A stretch of DNA of 64,000 nucleotides from Candidatus Palauibacter sp. (GCF_965237495.1 NZ_OZ250143.1:2533809-2597808), one strand, 5' to 3'. Counted from the first letter of the stretch, positions 52,583-62,537 are shown. Notes: generated from the sequence alone by a model not told the origin. Numbers and translations: made by a program.

Positions 52583-53670
52583 GTCGCGCTACGCAGGGCG
52601 TCATGCTGCGCGGCGTGGAAAAGCGGTACGGCAAGGTCGTGGCCCTGCGGACGGTGGACCTCGAGGTCCGGCCCGGGGAGCTGATGGTGCTGGTGGGCCC
52701 CTCGGGGTGCGGCAAGAGTACCCTGTTGCGCCTCATCGCCGGGCTCGACGAACCCACCTCGGGGGAGGTGTGGATCGGAGGACGGCGCGTGGACGATGTC
52801 GAGCCGGGCGCCCGGGACGTGGCCATGGTGTTCCAGAGCTACGCGCTCTACCCGCACATGACCGTGGCCCGGAATCTGGGCTTCGGCCTGCGCGTGCGCG
52901 GCACGCCGCGCGCCGAGCTCGAGCGGCGCGTCGCGGACGCCGCCGCCGCCCTCGGGCTCTCCGAGCTGCTGTCGCGGAGGCCCGGCCAGCTGTCCGGGGG
53001 AGAGCGCCAAAGGGTGGCTCTGGGACGCGCCATGGTCCGCGATCCGGGCGTGTTCCTGTTCGACGAGCCGCTCTCGAACCTGGACGCGGAGCTGCGCTTG
53101 CGGACGCGCGACGAGATCGCCGCCCTGCACCGGCGCCTCGGCACGACGATGATCTTCGTGACGCACGACCAGGTGGAAGCGCTGTCGCTGGGCCAGCGGG
53201 TCGCGGTCATGGATCGCGGCCTGCTCCAGCAGGTGGGCACGCCGCAGGAGGTCTACCGCCGACCGGGCAACCTGTTCGTGGCGGGCTTCGTGGGGTCGCC
53301 GCCCATCAACCGCATCCCCCTGTCCCGCGACGAAGGGGGGCGCCTCGCGGGCGGTCCGTTCGCGCTCGCGGAGCCGTCGCGCCTCGACCGCGCCACGCTG
53401 GCGGTGCGGCCGGAGGACCTCGCGCTGGCCGAGACCGGCGACTTCCGGGCCACCGTGCTCCGCGTGGAGCCGCTGGGCAGCGAGCAGCGCGTGCACCTGG
53501 ACGGCCCCGGCGACGCGGCGTGGGTGGCGCGCGCATCCCCCGCCCTGCGGGTCGCCCCTGGCGACCGCGTGAGCGTCTCCGTCGCATGGGACCGCAGTCA
53601 CCTGTTCGGTCCACATGGCCGCCGCGAGGAGGCCGCGCCGCGACCGATGGGCCGGCCGGCCTCGCGATGA
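52579..53670 (+). CDS. sugar ABC transporter ATP-binding protein (MalK/UgpC/MsmX type)
   Basis: Walker A GPSGCGKST, signature LSGGERQRVALGRA, Walker B VFLFDEPLSNLD, and a C-terminal TOBE-like domain. A GTG start overlaps the upstream TGA. Confidence 0.9.
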   Translation: MSRATQGVMLRGVEKRYGKVVALRTVDLEVRPGELMVLVGPSGCGKSTLLRLIAGLDEPTSGEVWIGGRRVDDVEPGARDVAMVFQSYALYPHMTVARNLGFGLRVRGTPRAELERRVADAAAALGLSELLSRRPGQLSGGERQRVALGRAMVRDPGVFLFDEPLSNLDAELRLRTRDEIAALHRRLGTTMIFVTHDQVEALSLGQRVAVMDRGLLQQVGTPQEVYRRPGNLFVAGFVGSPPINRIPLSRDEGGRLAGGPFALAEPSRLDRATLAVRPEDLALAETGDFRATVLRVEPLGSEQRVHLDGPGDAAWVARASPALRVAPGDRVSVSVAWDRSHLFGPHGRREEAAPRPMGRPASR

Positions 53671-54998
53671 CGAGCCCTCGACCGCGCGCGCGCCGGCCCC
53701 TTCTGGCCGCCACCGGTTGCGCCACCGTCGTCCTCGCGGCGGTCGCCTGCGGCCCCGGCGAGTCCGGCGCCGCGTTGCGCGTGGCCCTCTGGGCCGGAGG
53801 CCACGAACTCGAGATCGAGCGGCAGGTGGCCGACCGCTACGAGGCCTTGCACCCCGGCGTGCGGGTCGTGCTCGAATCGGCTCCCAACGGATACGAGGAG
53901 CGGCTGCTGACCTCGATCGCGGCGGGGCGTCCGCCCGATGTCTACCTCATGGACTCACCCGACATCCCCACCTTCGTGGAGCGCGGGCTGGCGCTGGACC
54001 TCGCACCCTGGCAGGAGGCGCTCGGCTTTCGACCGGACAGCGTGTTCGGGCCGGTGGCGGATGCGTTTCGCCGGGGCGAATCCATGTTCGCGCTGGCGAA
54101 GGACTTCACTCCCATGGTCCTGTACGCCAATCGGGCCGCGCTCGCCGCCGCGGGCGTCGAAGACCTTCTGCCGGCCGCGCCGTCGCCCACCGCGCCGCCG
54201 GCCGGCTGGACCTGGAGCGACTTCCGGCGGGCCGCCGAGGCGGTCGTCGCGGACACCGACGGCGACGGTCGGAAGGACGTGTTCGGGTTCGACTTCCCGC
54301 GCAACCTGTACCAGTGGATTCCGTTCGTGTGGTCGGCGGGAGGCGACATTCTGGCGCCCGACGGCAGCGGGGCGGCGGGCTACATGGACGGGCCGGAAGC
54401 GCTGGAGGCCTACCGCTTCCTCACGGCCCTGGCGGAGGACGGCCTCACCCCGGGCGCGCAGTTTGTCCAGCAGGGAGACCCCGCGCGGGAGGCGCGCTTC
54501 GCATCGGGCGGACAGGCGTTCCTGCTGTCGGGCCACTGGACGCTCCCCGTGTTCCGCGATCTGGTGGAGGCGGGCGCCCTGGACCTGGCCATCGTCCCCA
54601 TTCCGCACCATCCGTCGCGGACGGCGGCGTCCAGCGTACTGTACGCGTCGGGGTGGGCCGTGCCGCCCAACGCGCCGCACCTGCGCCGGGCCATCGACCT
54701 GGCTGGCTTCCTCGCCTCGCCCGAAGCGCAGCGCATTCGGGCGCGGTCTGGACTCGCCATTCCCGCGCGGATGGATGTGGCGGCGGAGATCGCCGCGGCG
54801 GACGGCACGGGGGTCGAGGGCGCGTTCATCGCGCTGGTGGAGGGCGCGCGGATGACGTGGGGCGCCCGGGTGCGCGACTTTTCCCGCATCGAGGCGCTGG
54901 CGGTCGAGATCATGGACCGCCGCTTGGTGCGGGGAGAGTCCCTCGCATCGAGCGCCTCGGACGTGGCCCGCCGCATCGACGCGGAGTTCGGGTGGTGA
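53667..54998 (+). CDS. ABC transporter substrate-binding lipoprotein (family 1 sugar SBP)
   Basis: Signal/lipobox LLAATGCATVVLAAVAC. Typical SBP_bac_1 length and aromatic pattern. Its ATG overlaps the ATPase stop (ATGA). Confidence 0.8.
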   Translation: MTSPRPRARRPLLAATGCATVVLAAVACGPGESGAALRVALWAGGHELEIERQVADRYEALHPGVRVVLESAPNGYEERLLTSIAAGRPPDVYLMDSPDIPTFVERGLALDLAPWQEALGFRPDSVFGPVADAFRRGESMFALAKDFTPMVLYANRAALAAAGVEDLLPAAPSPTAPPAGWTWSDFRRAAEAVVADTDGDGRKDVFGFDFPRNLYQWIPFVWSAGGDILAPDGSGAAGYMDGPEALEAYRFLTALAEDGLTPGAQFVQQGDPAREARFASGGQAFLLSGHWTLPVFRDLVEAGALDLAIVPIPHHPSRTAASSVLYASGWAVPPNAPHLRRAIDLAGFLASPEAQRIRARSGLAIPARMDVAAEIAAADGTGVEGAFIALVEGARMTWGARVRDFSRIEALAVEIMDRRLVRGESLASSASDVARRIDAEFGW

Positions 54999-56758
54999 GC
55001 GGCGTGCGGCAGCCGGCCCTCGCCGCCCTCGCCGCCCTCGCCCTCGCCGCCGGCTTCGGGTTGGTTCTGGCCGTCGGCGCGGGCCGGGTGGAGGGCGCAC
55101 GGGTGGAGGGCGCGGAAGCCGAGGCGCGCATGGCGGCCGCGCTGTGGGAGGAGGAGGGGGGCGGCGCCCAAGCCGTGGCCAGGCTGCTCGGCGAACGGGC
55201 GACGATCGTCGGCGCGGGCGCCGGAGGCGCCGGGGCGGGGGCGTACGCCTACGAGGCCGGCGCGCTCGAGCCCGCCGCCTGGATCGCGGTCGCGCCGCGC
55301 CGCGCGGGCGGCCCCTGGACCGCCTTCCCCGCCATCGCCACCGCCATCGCGCTGGGGGGCGTGGCGCTCATCTCGGGCTGGGCCGCCGCCCGGCGCCGCG
55401 GTCCGACGCGCTCGCGCTACCCGGCGGGCATCGCCCTCCTCTCCGTCGGCTGCATCGCCCTGACGGCGGTCGCCGCCGAGCGATGGGCGGACCGCGAACT
55501 CCGATCGCTGAGCGCCGCCACGGTGGCCCAGGGCGCGCGAGCCGTCGAGCTTGTCATGGCGACTGGCGCGGATCCAGCCCGCGCCGCCCGGGTCGCCGGC
55601 CTCCCGTGGGCCGAGGACCGCTCGCTGGAGTCCGCGAACCAGCAGTGGACCATGCCGGCCGCAGTCGCGGCGGCCATCGCCGCCTCGCCCGAACGAGGCG
55701 TGGTGACGCCGTACGCGGTGGAAGCGGGCGGCGCCACCTACCACGCGGCCCGCGTCGCCGACGTCCACCTCGCCTTCCTCGGATACGAGCGCACCGCCTC
55801 GCCCGCCGTCGCGCTGGCCGCCGCGGGCGGGCTCGCCGCCCTGCTGCTGGCGCTGGTCCTCCACCTCGCGCAGCTCGCGGCCCGCCCCCGCGCCTTGCGC
55901 CGAACCCTGGCGGCGTGGGGCCTCCTCGCGCCGGCGGCGGCCCTCATCCTCGCGTTCACCCTTGGGCCGCTCCTCTTCTCCCTATGGATCTCGCTGCACG
56001 AATGGCGCCTCATCGACCCCGCGCCCCTCTTCCTCGGACTCGACAACTATGCGGCGCTGCTCTCGAACCGCGAGTGGTGGTCGGCGATCGGGAACACGGC
56101 GCTGTTCACGCTGCACGTGCCCGCCGCGATGGCCGTCGCCCTCGCCCTGGCGCTCCTCACCCAGGGGTCGCGCCGCGGACTGCGCTGGGCCCGGCTCGCC
56201 CTCTTCCTGCCCGGCATCACCAGCGTGGCGGCGATCGCGGTGGTGTGGAAGTGGCTGTTGAGCGACCAGTACGGACTGCTGAACCAGGTTCTGGTGCGCG
56301 CGGGGCTCGAGTCCGTCCCGTGGCTCACCTCGCCCGACACCGCGCTCATCAGCCTGATGATGATCGGCATCTGGATGGTCGTGGGCTATCAGATGGTGGT
56401 CTTTCAGGCGGGCCTCGCCGCCATCCCGCGCGACTGGTACGACGCGGCCCGGGTCGACGGCGCGGGGCCGTGGCAGCGGTTCCGCCACGTCACCCTGCCC
56501 GGCCTGCGCCACACCCTGTTCTTCGTGCTCGTCACGTCGGTCATCGGATCCTTCCAGGTCTTTGGACTCGTCTATGTGATGACCGAGGGCGGCCCGCTGG
56601 GCGCCACCGATGTGGCCGTCTATCACATTTACCGGGAGGCGTGGGAGTTCCTGCGCTTCGGCAACGCGGCCGCCATGAGCTGGCTGCTGTTCGCGGTCGT
56701 GTTCGCCGCCACCTGGCTGCATTTCCGCTTCCTCGACACGCGCCGCGCCCATGGCTGA
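54995..56758 (+). CDS. ABC transporter permease (MalF/UgpA-like) with a ~300-aa N-terminal multi-TM extension
   Basis: The C-terminal 290 aa form the canonical permease with the EAA-type loop region (DAARVDGAGPWQRFRHVTLP). A GTG start overlaps the SBP stop (GTGA). The extension contains ~4 extra predicted TM helices. Confidence 0.75.
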   Translation: MSGVRQPALAALAALALAAGFGLVLAVGAGRVEGARVEGAEAEARMAAALWEEEGGGAQAVARLLGERATIVGAGAGGAGAGAYAYEAGALEPAAWIAVAPRRAGGPWTAFPAIATAIALGGVALISGWAAARRRGPTRSRYPAGIALLSVGCIALTAVAAERWADRELRSLSAATVAQGARAVELVMATGADPARAARVAGLPWAEDRSLESANQQWTMPAAVAAAIAASPERGVVTPYAVEAGGATYHAARVADVHLAFLGYERTASPAVALAAAGGLAALLLALVLHLAQLAARPRALRRTLAAWGLLAPAAALILAFTLGPLLFSLWISLHEWRLIDPAPLFLGLDNYAALLSNREWWSAIGNTALFTLHVPAAMAVALALALLTQGSRRGLRWARLALFLPGITSVAAIAVVWKWLLSDQYGLLNQVLVRAGLESVPWLTSPDTALISLMMIGIWMVVGYQMVVFQAGLAAIPRDWYDAARVDGAGPWQRFRHVTLPGLRHTLFFVLVTSVIGSFQVFGLVYVMTEGGPLGATDVAVYHIYREAWEFLRFGNAAAMSWLLFAVVFAATWLHFRFLDTRRAHG

Positions 56759-57569
56759 CCGCGCGATGGCGCCGCGGACGGCGCGGGGGCTGCTGCTCGC
56801 CGCGGCGTGCCTGGTCATGGCGGCGCCCTTCGCGTGGATGGGACTGACGAGCCTCATGGGACAGCTTGAAGTGTTCTCCGGGGGCATCCTGCCGCGGGCG
56901 CCGCGGTGGTCGAACTACCCAGAGGCGCTGACGATCCAGCCCTTCGGGCGGTACTTCGTGAACTCGCTGGTGTTCGCGACCGTGGTGGCGGCGGGCCAGG
57001 TCGCGACCTCGGCCGCCGCCGGCTACGCCTTCGCCCGCCTCGACTTTCCGGGGCGGGATGGGCTCTTCATGCTCTTCCTGTCGACGATGATGGTTCCAGC
57101 GGTCGTCGTGCTCATCCCCCGCTTCCTCATGATCGAGGCGGTCGGCTGGATCGACACCTACCAGGGGCTCATCTCCACGGAGCTTGTCTCGGTGTGGGGC
57201 ATCTTCCTCATGCGACAGTATTTTCGGACGATGCCCCGGGAACTGGAGGACGCCGCGCGCGTGGACGGCGCCGGGCACCTGCGCATCTTCTGGAGCGTCG
57301 CCCTGCCGCTCGCGAAGCCCGCCGTGGCCACGCTCGCGCTGTTCGCGTTCGTCGATGCGTGGAAGAACCTGCTGTGGCCGCTCCTCGTCACCCGGTCCAT
57401 GGAAATGCGGGTCGTCGAGGTGGGGATCGCCGCCTTCCATTCGACCTACGAAATCAACTGGCCCTACCAGATGGCGGCCGGCGTCGCCGCGGTGCTGCCC
57501 ATCGCGCTCCTGTTCCTGTTCACCCAGCGGTATTTCGTGCGGGGGATCCAGCTGGAGGGGATCCGGTAG
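56751..57569 (+). CDS. ABC transporter permease (MalG/UgpE-like)
   Basis: 272 aa, 6 TM helices, EAA motif region EDAARVDGAGHLRIFWSVALPLAKP. Confidence 0.85.
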   Translation: MADRAMAPRTARGLLLAAACLVMAAPFAWMGLTSLMGQLEVFSGGILPRAPRWSNYPEALTIQPFGRYFVNSLVFATVVAAGQVATSAAAGYAFARLDFPGRDGLFMLFLSTMMVPAVVVLIPRFLMIEAVGWIDTYQGLISTELVSVWGIFLMRQYFRTMPRELEDAARVDGAGHLRIFWSVALPLAKPAVATLALFAFVDAWKNLLWPLLVTRSMEMRVVEVGIAAFHSTYEINWPYQMAAGVAAVLPIALLFLFTQRYFVRGIQLEGIR

Positions 57570-57602
57570 CGTGGCGCACGCTGGCACCCGGCACGGCCCG
57601 GC

Positions 57603-59561
57603 ATGATGCGCGTCGGGGCCTTCGAGGCGCGCCGTTGGGCCGGCCTCGTGTTCGCGGCCGGACCCGACGACGGCATCGGCCTCCGCCTCGTCTTCACGAC
57701 TCCCGGAGGCCAGCGCCGCGAGTTGGAGGACTGGTACTGGATGGTCGCCCGCGTCGGTCCCCACGCGCCGGACGGATGCTACGCGCGCATGGAGTTCGAC
57801 CTCGCCGCCGAGCCGTCGCCCGCGTCCCGCCCCGGAGAGAGCACACTCACTCTGGAGTGGTCGCGCCGCGAGGACGCCGTGGCGCTGCGGGCGGTGGCGC
57901 GCGCGCCGGGCCGGGTGGAGCTGGTGGGCGACGATCCGTGGGGGTGGAAGGCACGGTGGGAGGAAGCTTCCGACGGCTGGCGCGCGGCGCTTGGAAGCGT
58001 GGAGATCGCCGCTGCCTTCGGGCCTCGCGCGGGGGGACGCGCGGCCACCGTGGTCGCCTGGGAGCCGAGGGGGGCGCCGTCTCGATCCGCTGCCGCCCTG
58101 GCCCGCGCCCGACGCCTTCTCCCGGGGCTGGATCGCTGGATCGACGACGCGCGCGCCGACTGGGACCGCCGCCGTCCGCGTTCGTCGGGGGCCGCGGAAG
58201 GACTGGTCGAAGCCGTCGCGGACAACCTGATGTGGACCGTCCTCCTGCAACCGGAGACCGGACGCCTGTACGCGCCGGCAGGACGACGCTGGATTTTTCC
58301 GAAGCCGGGGGACGGCGCACGGGAGGGCGCGCCGGCTCCCGACGACTGGACGGTCTTCGGGTGGGATTCCTTCTTCAACGCCCTCGCGCTCGCCACCGCG
58401 TCGGGACGCCTGGCCTGGGACGTTCTCCTCGCCGGGCTCGAGTCGCGCTACCCGAACGGGAACGTGCCCAACTGGAGGAGTCGGCTCGGCGGCACGCCCG
58501 ACCGCTCCCAGCCCTCGGTCGGGTCCTTCGCGGCGCTGAAGCTGCATCTTGCGCGCCCTGATGTGGACGCGCTGGCCGCCGCCTGGCCCGGGCTCCGCGC
58601 GTGGAGCGACTGGTGGGTGGCCGACAAGCGTGGACGCCCGCGCCGGGAGGGCCTCTCGCCGGGACTGTTGGCGTGGGGCTCGGATGCGGAGCTGGTTCCG
58701 GGGCGCGAGCAACTCCCGGAGTGGGAAGTGGGCGCGAACGGCCATCAGCGCGCGGCGTGGGAATCGGGCCAGGACGACCTGCCGCTGTGGGAAGAGGCGA
58801 AATGGGATCCTGGGCGGGAAGTCCTTGCCATGTCCGCCGTCGATCTGTGCAGCTACCGGGCCCTGGACCTGGAGTGCCTGTCGCGGATTGCCCGCATCCT
58901 GGGCGACCCGGCGGCCGCGCGACGGCTGGAGGCCGAGCGCGACCGCCTCGTCGCGGCGATGAACGGGGTGTTGTGGTCCGAGGCCGCCGGGCTCTACCTG
59001 GACGAGCTGCCTGCGGGTCGGTCTCCGCGCGTGGCGTCGTCGAACTTCCTTCCCTTGATTGCCGGCGTGCCGTCGGCGCGGCGGGCGCGGCGCATGGTCG
59101 GCGTGCTGCGCGACCCCGCGCGCTTCTGGGGCGAATGGGTGCTGCCCACGATCTCGCGCGATGACCCCGCGTTCGACGACCAGCAGTACTGGCGCGGTTC
59201 CATCTGGCCGCCCATGAACTACCTCGTGCTGCAGGGATTGCGGCGCTACGGGTTCGACGAACTCGCCAGCGAGCTGGCGTGGAAGGGAGCGCTCATGTTC
59301 CTGGCCGACCGCCGGCGCACGGGGTTCTGCCGGGAGAACTTCGACGCGCGCAGCGGGCGGGGGCGGGGCCGCCGCTTCCAGAGCTGGGGGCCGCTGTTCG
59401 CGCTCGGCGCCATCGAGGAGTTCGTCGACGCCTGTCCATGGCGCGGATTGCGCATCGGCTCCCGGCTGCCCGCGTTCGTCGCCGCCCAGGCGACCGGCCG
59501 AGCCCGCATCGAGGAGCTCCGCGTGGCGGGTCGGGCGCGGACGGTCGAGCTGTCGCGATGA
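57603..59561 (+). CDS. cytoplasmic six-hairpin glycoside hydrolase, GH63-like, copy 2
   Basis: 652 aa; VFGWDSFFNALA, NYLVLQGLRRYG, and C-terminal barrel features. It is paralogous in architecture to the first gene of the operon. Confidence 0.6.
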   Translation: MMRVGAFEARRWAGLVFAAGPDDGIGLRLVFTTPGGQRRELEDWYWMVARVGPHAPDGCYARMEFDLAAEPSPASRPGESTLTLEWSRREDAVALRAVARAPGRVELVGDDPWGWKARWEEASDGWRAALGSVEIAAAFGPRAGGRAATVVAWEPRGAPSRSAAALARARRLLPGLDRWIDDARADWDRRRPRSSGAAEGLVEAVADNLMWTVLLQPETGRLYAPAGRRWIFPKPGDGAREGAPAPDDWTVFGWDSFFNALALATASGRLAWDVLLAGLESRYPNGNVPNWRSRLGGTPDRSQPSVGSFAALKLHLARPDVDALAAAWPGLRAWSDWWVADKRGRPRREGLSPGLLAWGSDAELVPGREQLPEWEVGANGHQRAAWESGQDDLPLWEEAKWDPGREVLAMSAVDLCSYRALDLECLSRIARILGDPAAARRLEAERDRLVAAMNGVLWSEAAGLYLDELPAGRSPRVASSNFLPLIAGVPSARRARRMVGVLRDPARFWGEWVLPTISRDDPAFDDQQYWRGSIWPPMNYLVLQGLRRYGFDELASELAWKGALMFLADRRRTGFCRENFDARSGRGRGRRFQSWGPLFALGAIEEFVDACPWRGLRIGSRLPAFVAAQATGRARIEELRVAGRARTVELSR

Positions 59562-61723
59562 AGGGCACGGAGCCGGCCGAACGGCCGGAGCGGCCCACGC
59601 TCGTGATCCTCGCCGCCGGGCGGTCCACCCGGTTCGGTCGCGCCAAGCAGCTCGAGCCCGTGGGGCCGGGCGGCGCATCGCTGCTCGAATACGCGATTCA
59701 CGACGCCTTGCGCGCGGGCTTCGGGCGCTTCGTACTCGTGGTGAGGGAGAGCCATCGCGACGAGTTCGAGGCGCGCCTGGCTCCGCTGCGGGCGGCGGGG
59801 GTCGCGCTCTCCTTCGCCTGCCAGCGCCTCGCGCACGCCGACCTCGTGCCGCTCCCCCCGCCCGGGCGCGTCCGGCCCTGGGGCACGGGATTCGCGGTGC
59901 TGGCCGCGGCGGCCGCCCTGCCCCGCCGGGGTCCGTTCGCCGTCTGCAATGCGGACGACTTCTACGGGCGGGCCGCTTACGAGAGCCTGGCGCGCTTGCT
60001 CGCGGCCCCTCCCCCGGGCGTTCGCGCCTTCACCGTCTCCTACCCCTTGGCCGGCACCCTGTCCGCCTTCGGCGGCGTGTCGCGCGGCCTCTGCGAAATG
60101 AAGCCGGACGGCACGCTGCTCCGCATGACCGAGGGCCTGGACCTCCGCCTCGAGCGCGAGGCGACGCGGACGGGTTCCGGCGCCGAAGCCACCGCCGCCG
60201 GCGGGCGCAGTGCCGTTACTGGAACCACCACCGCCGGGACGTCGATCCGCGTCGACGCGGACAGCCAGGCGTGCATGGGGCTGTGGGGGTTCTTCCCCGA
60301 GATCCTGCCGCTGCTGGCGGAACGCTTCCGCGCCTTCCTCGCCGCCTGCCCCGGGGCCGACGACGAGTTCTACCTCTCCGAAGCCGTGAGCCACCTGGCC
60401 GCCGCCGGACGGGCGCGCTGCGGCCTTCTGCGCGCGGGCGAGGGTTGGATGGGCCTCACCTTCTCCGGCGACCGCGCGGGCGCCGCGGCCTCGCTCCGGC
60501 AGCTGACTGCGGCCGGGGCCTATCCCGCCGATCTCCGGACGCCGCCCGATCCCCCGGAGTCGGCCCCGCGCGCGCAGGCCCCGCCCATCCGCCCGCCTCA
60601 GGCGCCGCCCCGTGGGGTCGCGATCGCTCCCGGGCGCATCAACCTGATCGGGGAGCACCTCGACTATAACGGCCTCTCCGTGCTCCCGATGGCGCTCGAG
60701 CGGAACATCCGCCTGGAATTCGAGGTGCTGCGCCAACCGGCGGTCGAACTCACAGGCGATGCCGACCATGGCCCCTTCGCCTTTCGCCTGGACCGGCCGA
60801 TCGAACCCGCACCCCAAGGCCACTGGTCGAACTACGTGAGGGCCGCCGCCAGGGGGTTGCTGGACCACGGCGTGGAACTGAGACGAGGCATTGGGGGGAA
60901 CGTCGCCGGGACCGTGCCGGTGGCGGAGGGGCTCTCGTCGTCGTCCGCCCTCGTTGTAGCGTCGGCGCTGGCCCTGTTGCACGCGAACGAGAAGCATGTG
61001 GAGGTGCTGGAGCTGGCGGCGCTGCTGGCCCGCGCCGAGCGTTTCGTCGGGTTGCAGGGTGGCGGGATGGACCAGGCGGCGTCTCTCTGCGGAGCGAAGG
61101 GGCACGCGCTCAGGATCGACTTCGGGCCGCTGCGCGTGACGCCGGTGCCGGTGCCCGAGGGATGGCGGTGGGTCGTCGCGTCGTCGCTGGCGCGCGCGAA
61201 GAAGGCCGGGTCGGCGCGCGAGCCGTACAACGAGCGGCGGGCCCAGTGCGCGGAGGCGCTCGAGCGGCTGGGCCGGGCATCCTGGCTGGAAGTGGTGGTG
61301 GCCGACGAGGCCGAGTTCGCATCCCTCCTGGCCGGGGCGCGCCGGTCGCTGCCGCCCACGCTGTGGCGGCGCTTTCGCCATGTGGCGACGGAGGGCCGCC
61401 GCGTGATCGAGGCCGAGGCCGCGCTGCACCGGGAGGACATGGCCGCCTTCGGCACGCTGATGAACGCGTCCCACGCCAGCCTGCGCGACGATTTCGGCGT
61501 GAGCACGGCGGCGCTGGACGAGATCGTAGAGGTGGCCCTCGACGCGGGCGCGGCGGGGGCGCGGCTCACGGGGGCGGGATTCGGCGGCTGCGCAATCGCG
61601 CTCTGCCGGGCGAGCCGGGCGGAAGGCGTGATGGCCGCGCTGCGCGAGCGCTTCTACGCTCCCCGGGGCGGGGTCGGCGGCGGCGCGCTGTTCGTGGCCG
61701 CAGCGTCTGATGGAGCACGGTGA
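59557..61723 (+). CDS. bifunctional sugar-1-phosphate nucleotidyltransferase / galactokinase-family GHMP sugar kinase (FKP-like fusion)
   Basis: N-terminal LVILAAGRSTRFGRAKQLEPVG (NTP-transferase G-loop). C-terminal galactokinase signature GRINLIGEHLDYNGLSVLP, GHMP motif GLSSSSALVVA, and a C-terminal GAGFGGCAIAL. Its ATG overlaps the upstream stop (ATGA). The frame and start come from the internal Met of track ORF 59279..61723. Confidence 0.75.
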
Positions 61724-61938
61724 CCTGATAGAGGGGTTGCACCCCCGTCTGCGGCATGGGGGGCGAACACCCTATCAAGTCTTCAAAGAAAGGGATCTGG
61801 AAACCCCAGAACCGCAAGAAGTCAGCCGGAAAGGGGGTGAAGACCGCAGCCTAAGCGCTGAGCTCGGCGAGGCCGGGTGTCAGGTGACTACCGTACTTGT
61901 ACCGAGGGCGGCAGCACAGAAACCCTGCCAATCGCCGG

Positions 61939-62511
61939 TCAGCATCCCGAAATCAAGCCGCAACCCACTATCCCGCAGCCTCCAACCCCTCCACCGACTG
62001 CCAGCACAAGGCGGGTGTGGCGATGCCACGTAGAGCGCGCCACGGCCCGAGAGCGTTCCCCACATTGCGAGTCCGATATGGCCGGCAGCACCGCATTTAC
62101 CTTCAAGGTGTCCCTCTCGAGCCTCGGATCCAGGCGATCGTAGATCAACGCGGGAATACTGTCGATCGATACAGGCATCAACCCGGAATCCTCGGGGGGC
62201 GTGAAGGTCAAGAACACACAGCCCGGCCAGGTGCGCCCAGACATGCCGATCCTGACCCTCACGATATATCTGCCGTTCGAGAACGTCTTCACGGTCGGGA
62301 TCCACGCGCTGGGACCTTTGCAATCTCTGCCAACCCAACCTTCAACTGTGACATCGTACACCGCTCGGCCATCAACATCGGTGACGACTCCAGCGATGTT
62401 CAGCTCGCTCTGGCCGTGCGGCAAGACCAAAGGAGGAGAAGGCGTCGCCGGATCCGTGCCGCAGCCCACGGCAACAATACAGCTTACAGCGAGACATCCC
62501 CAGGTATTCAT
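61939..62511 (-). CDS. hypothetical lipoprotein
   Basis: MNTWGCLAVSCIVAVGC lipobox with GGGGGAG just upstream; lies in a lower-GC segment. Confidence 0.45.
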   Translation of the reverse strand: MNTWGCLAVSCIVAVGCGTDPATPSPPLVLPHGQSELNIAGVVTDVDGRAVYDVTVEGWVGRDCKGPSAWIPTVKTFSNGRYIVRVRIGMSGRTWPGCVFLTFTPPEDSGLMPVSIDSIPALIYDRLDPRLERDTLKVNAVLPAISDSQCGERSRAVARSTWHRHTRLVLAVGGGVGGCGIVGCGLISGC

Positions 62512-62537
62512 CTTTCTCCCCCTTTCGCTGTCCGGCG

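Noticed and set aside
53615-54994. Upstream portion of the 1047-aa ORF 53615..56758
   Set aside because: It overlaps the SBP gene in another frame and reads as Arg/Gly-rich noise. The permease is called from the GTG at 54995, which is coupled to the SBP stop.
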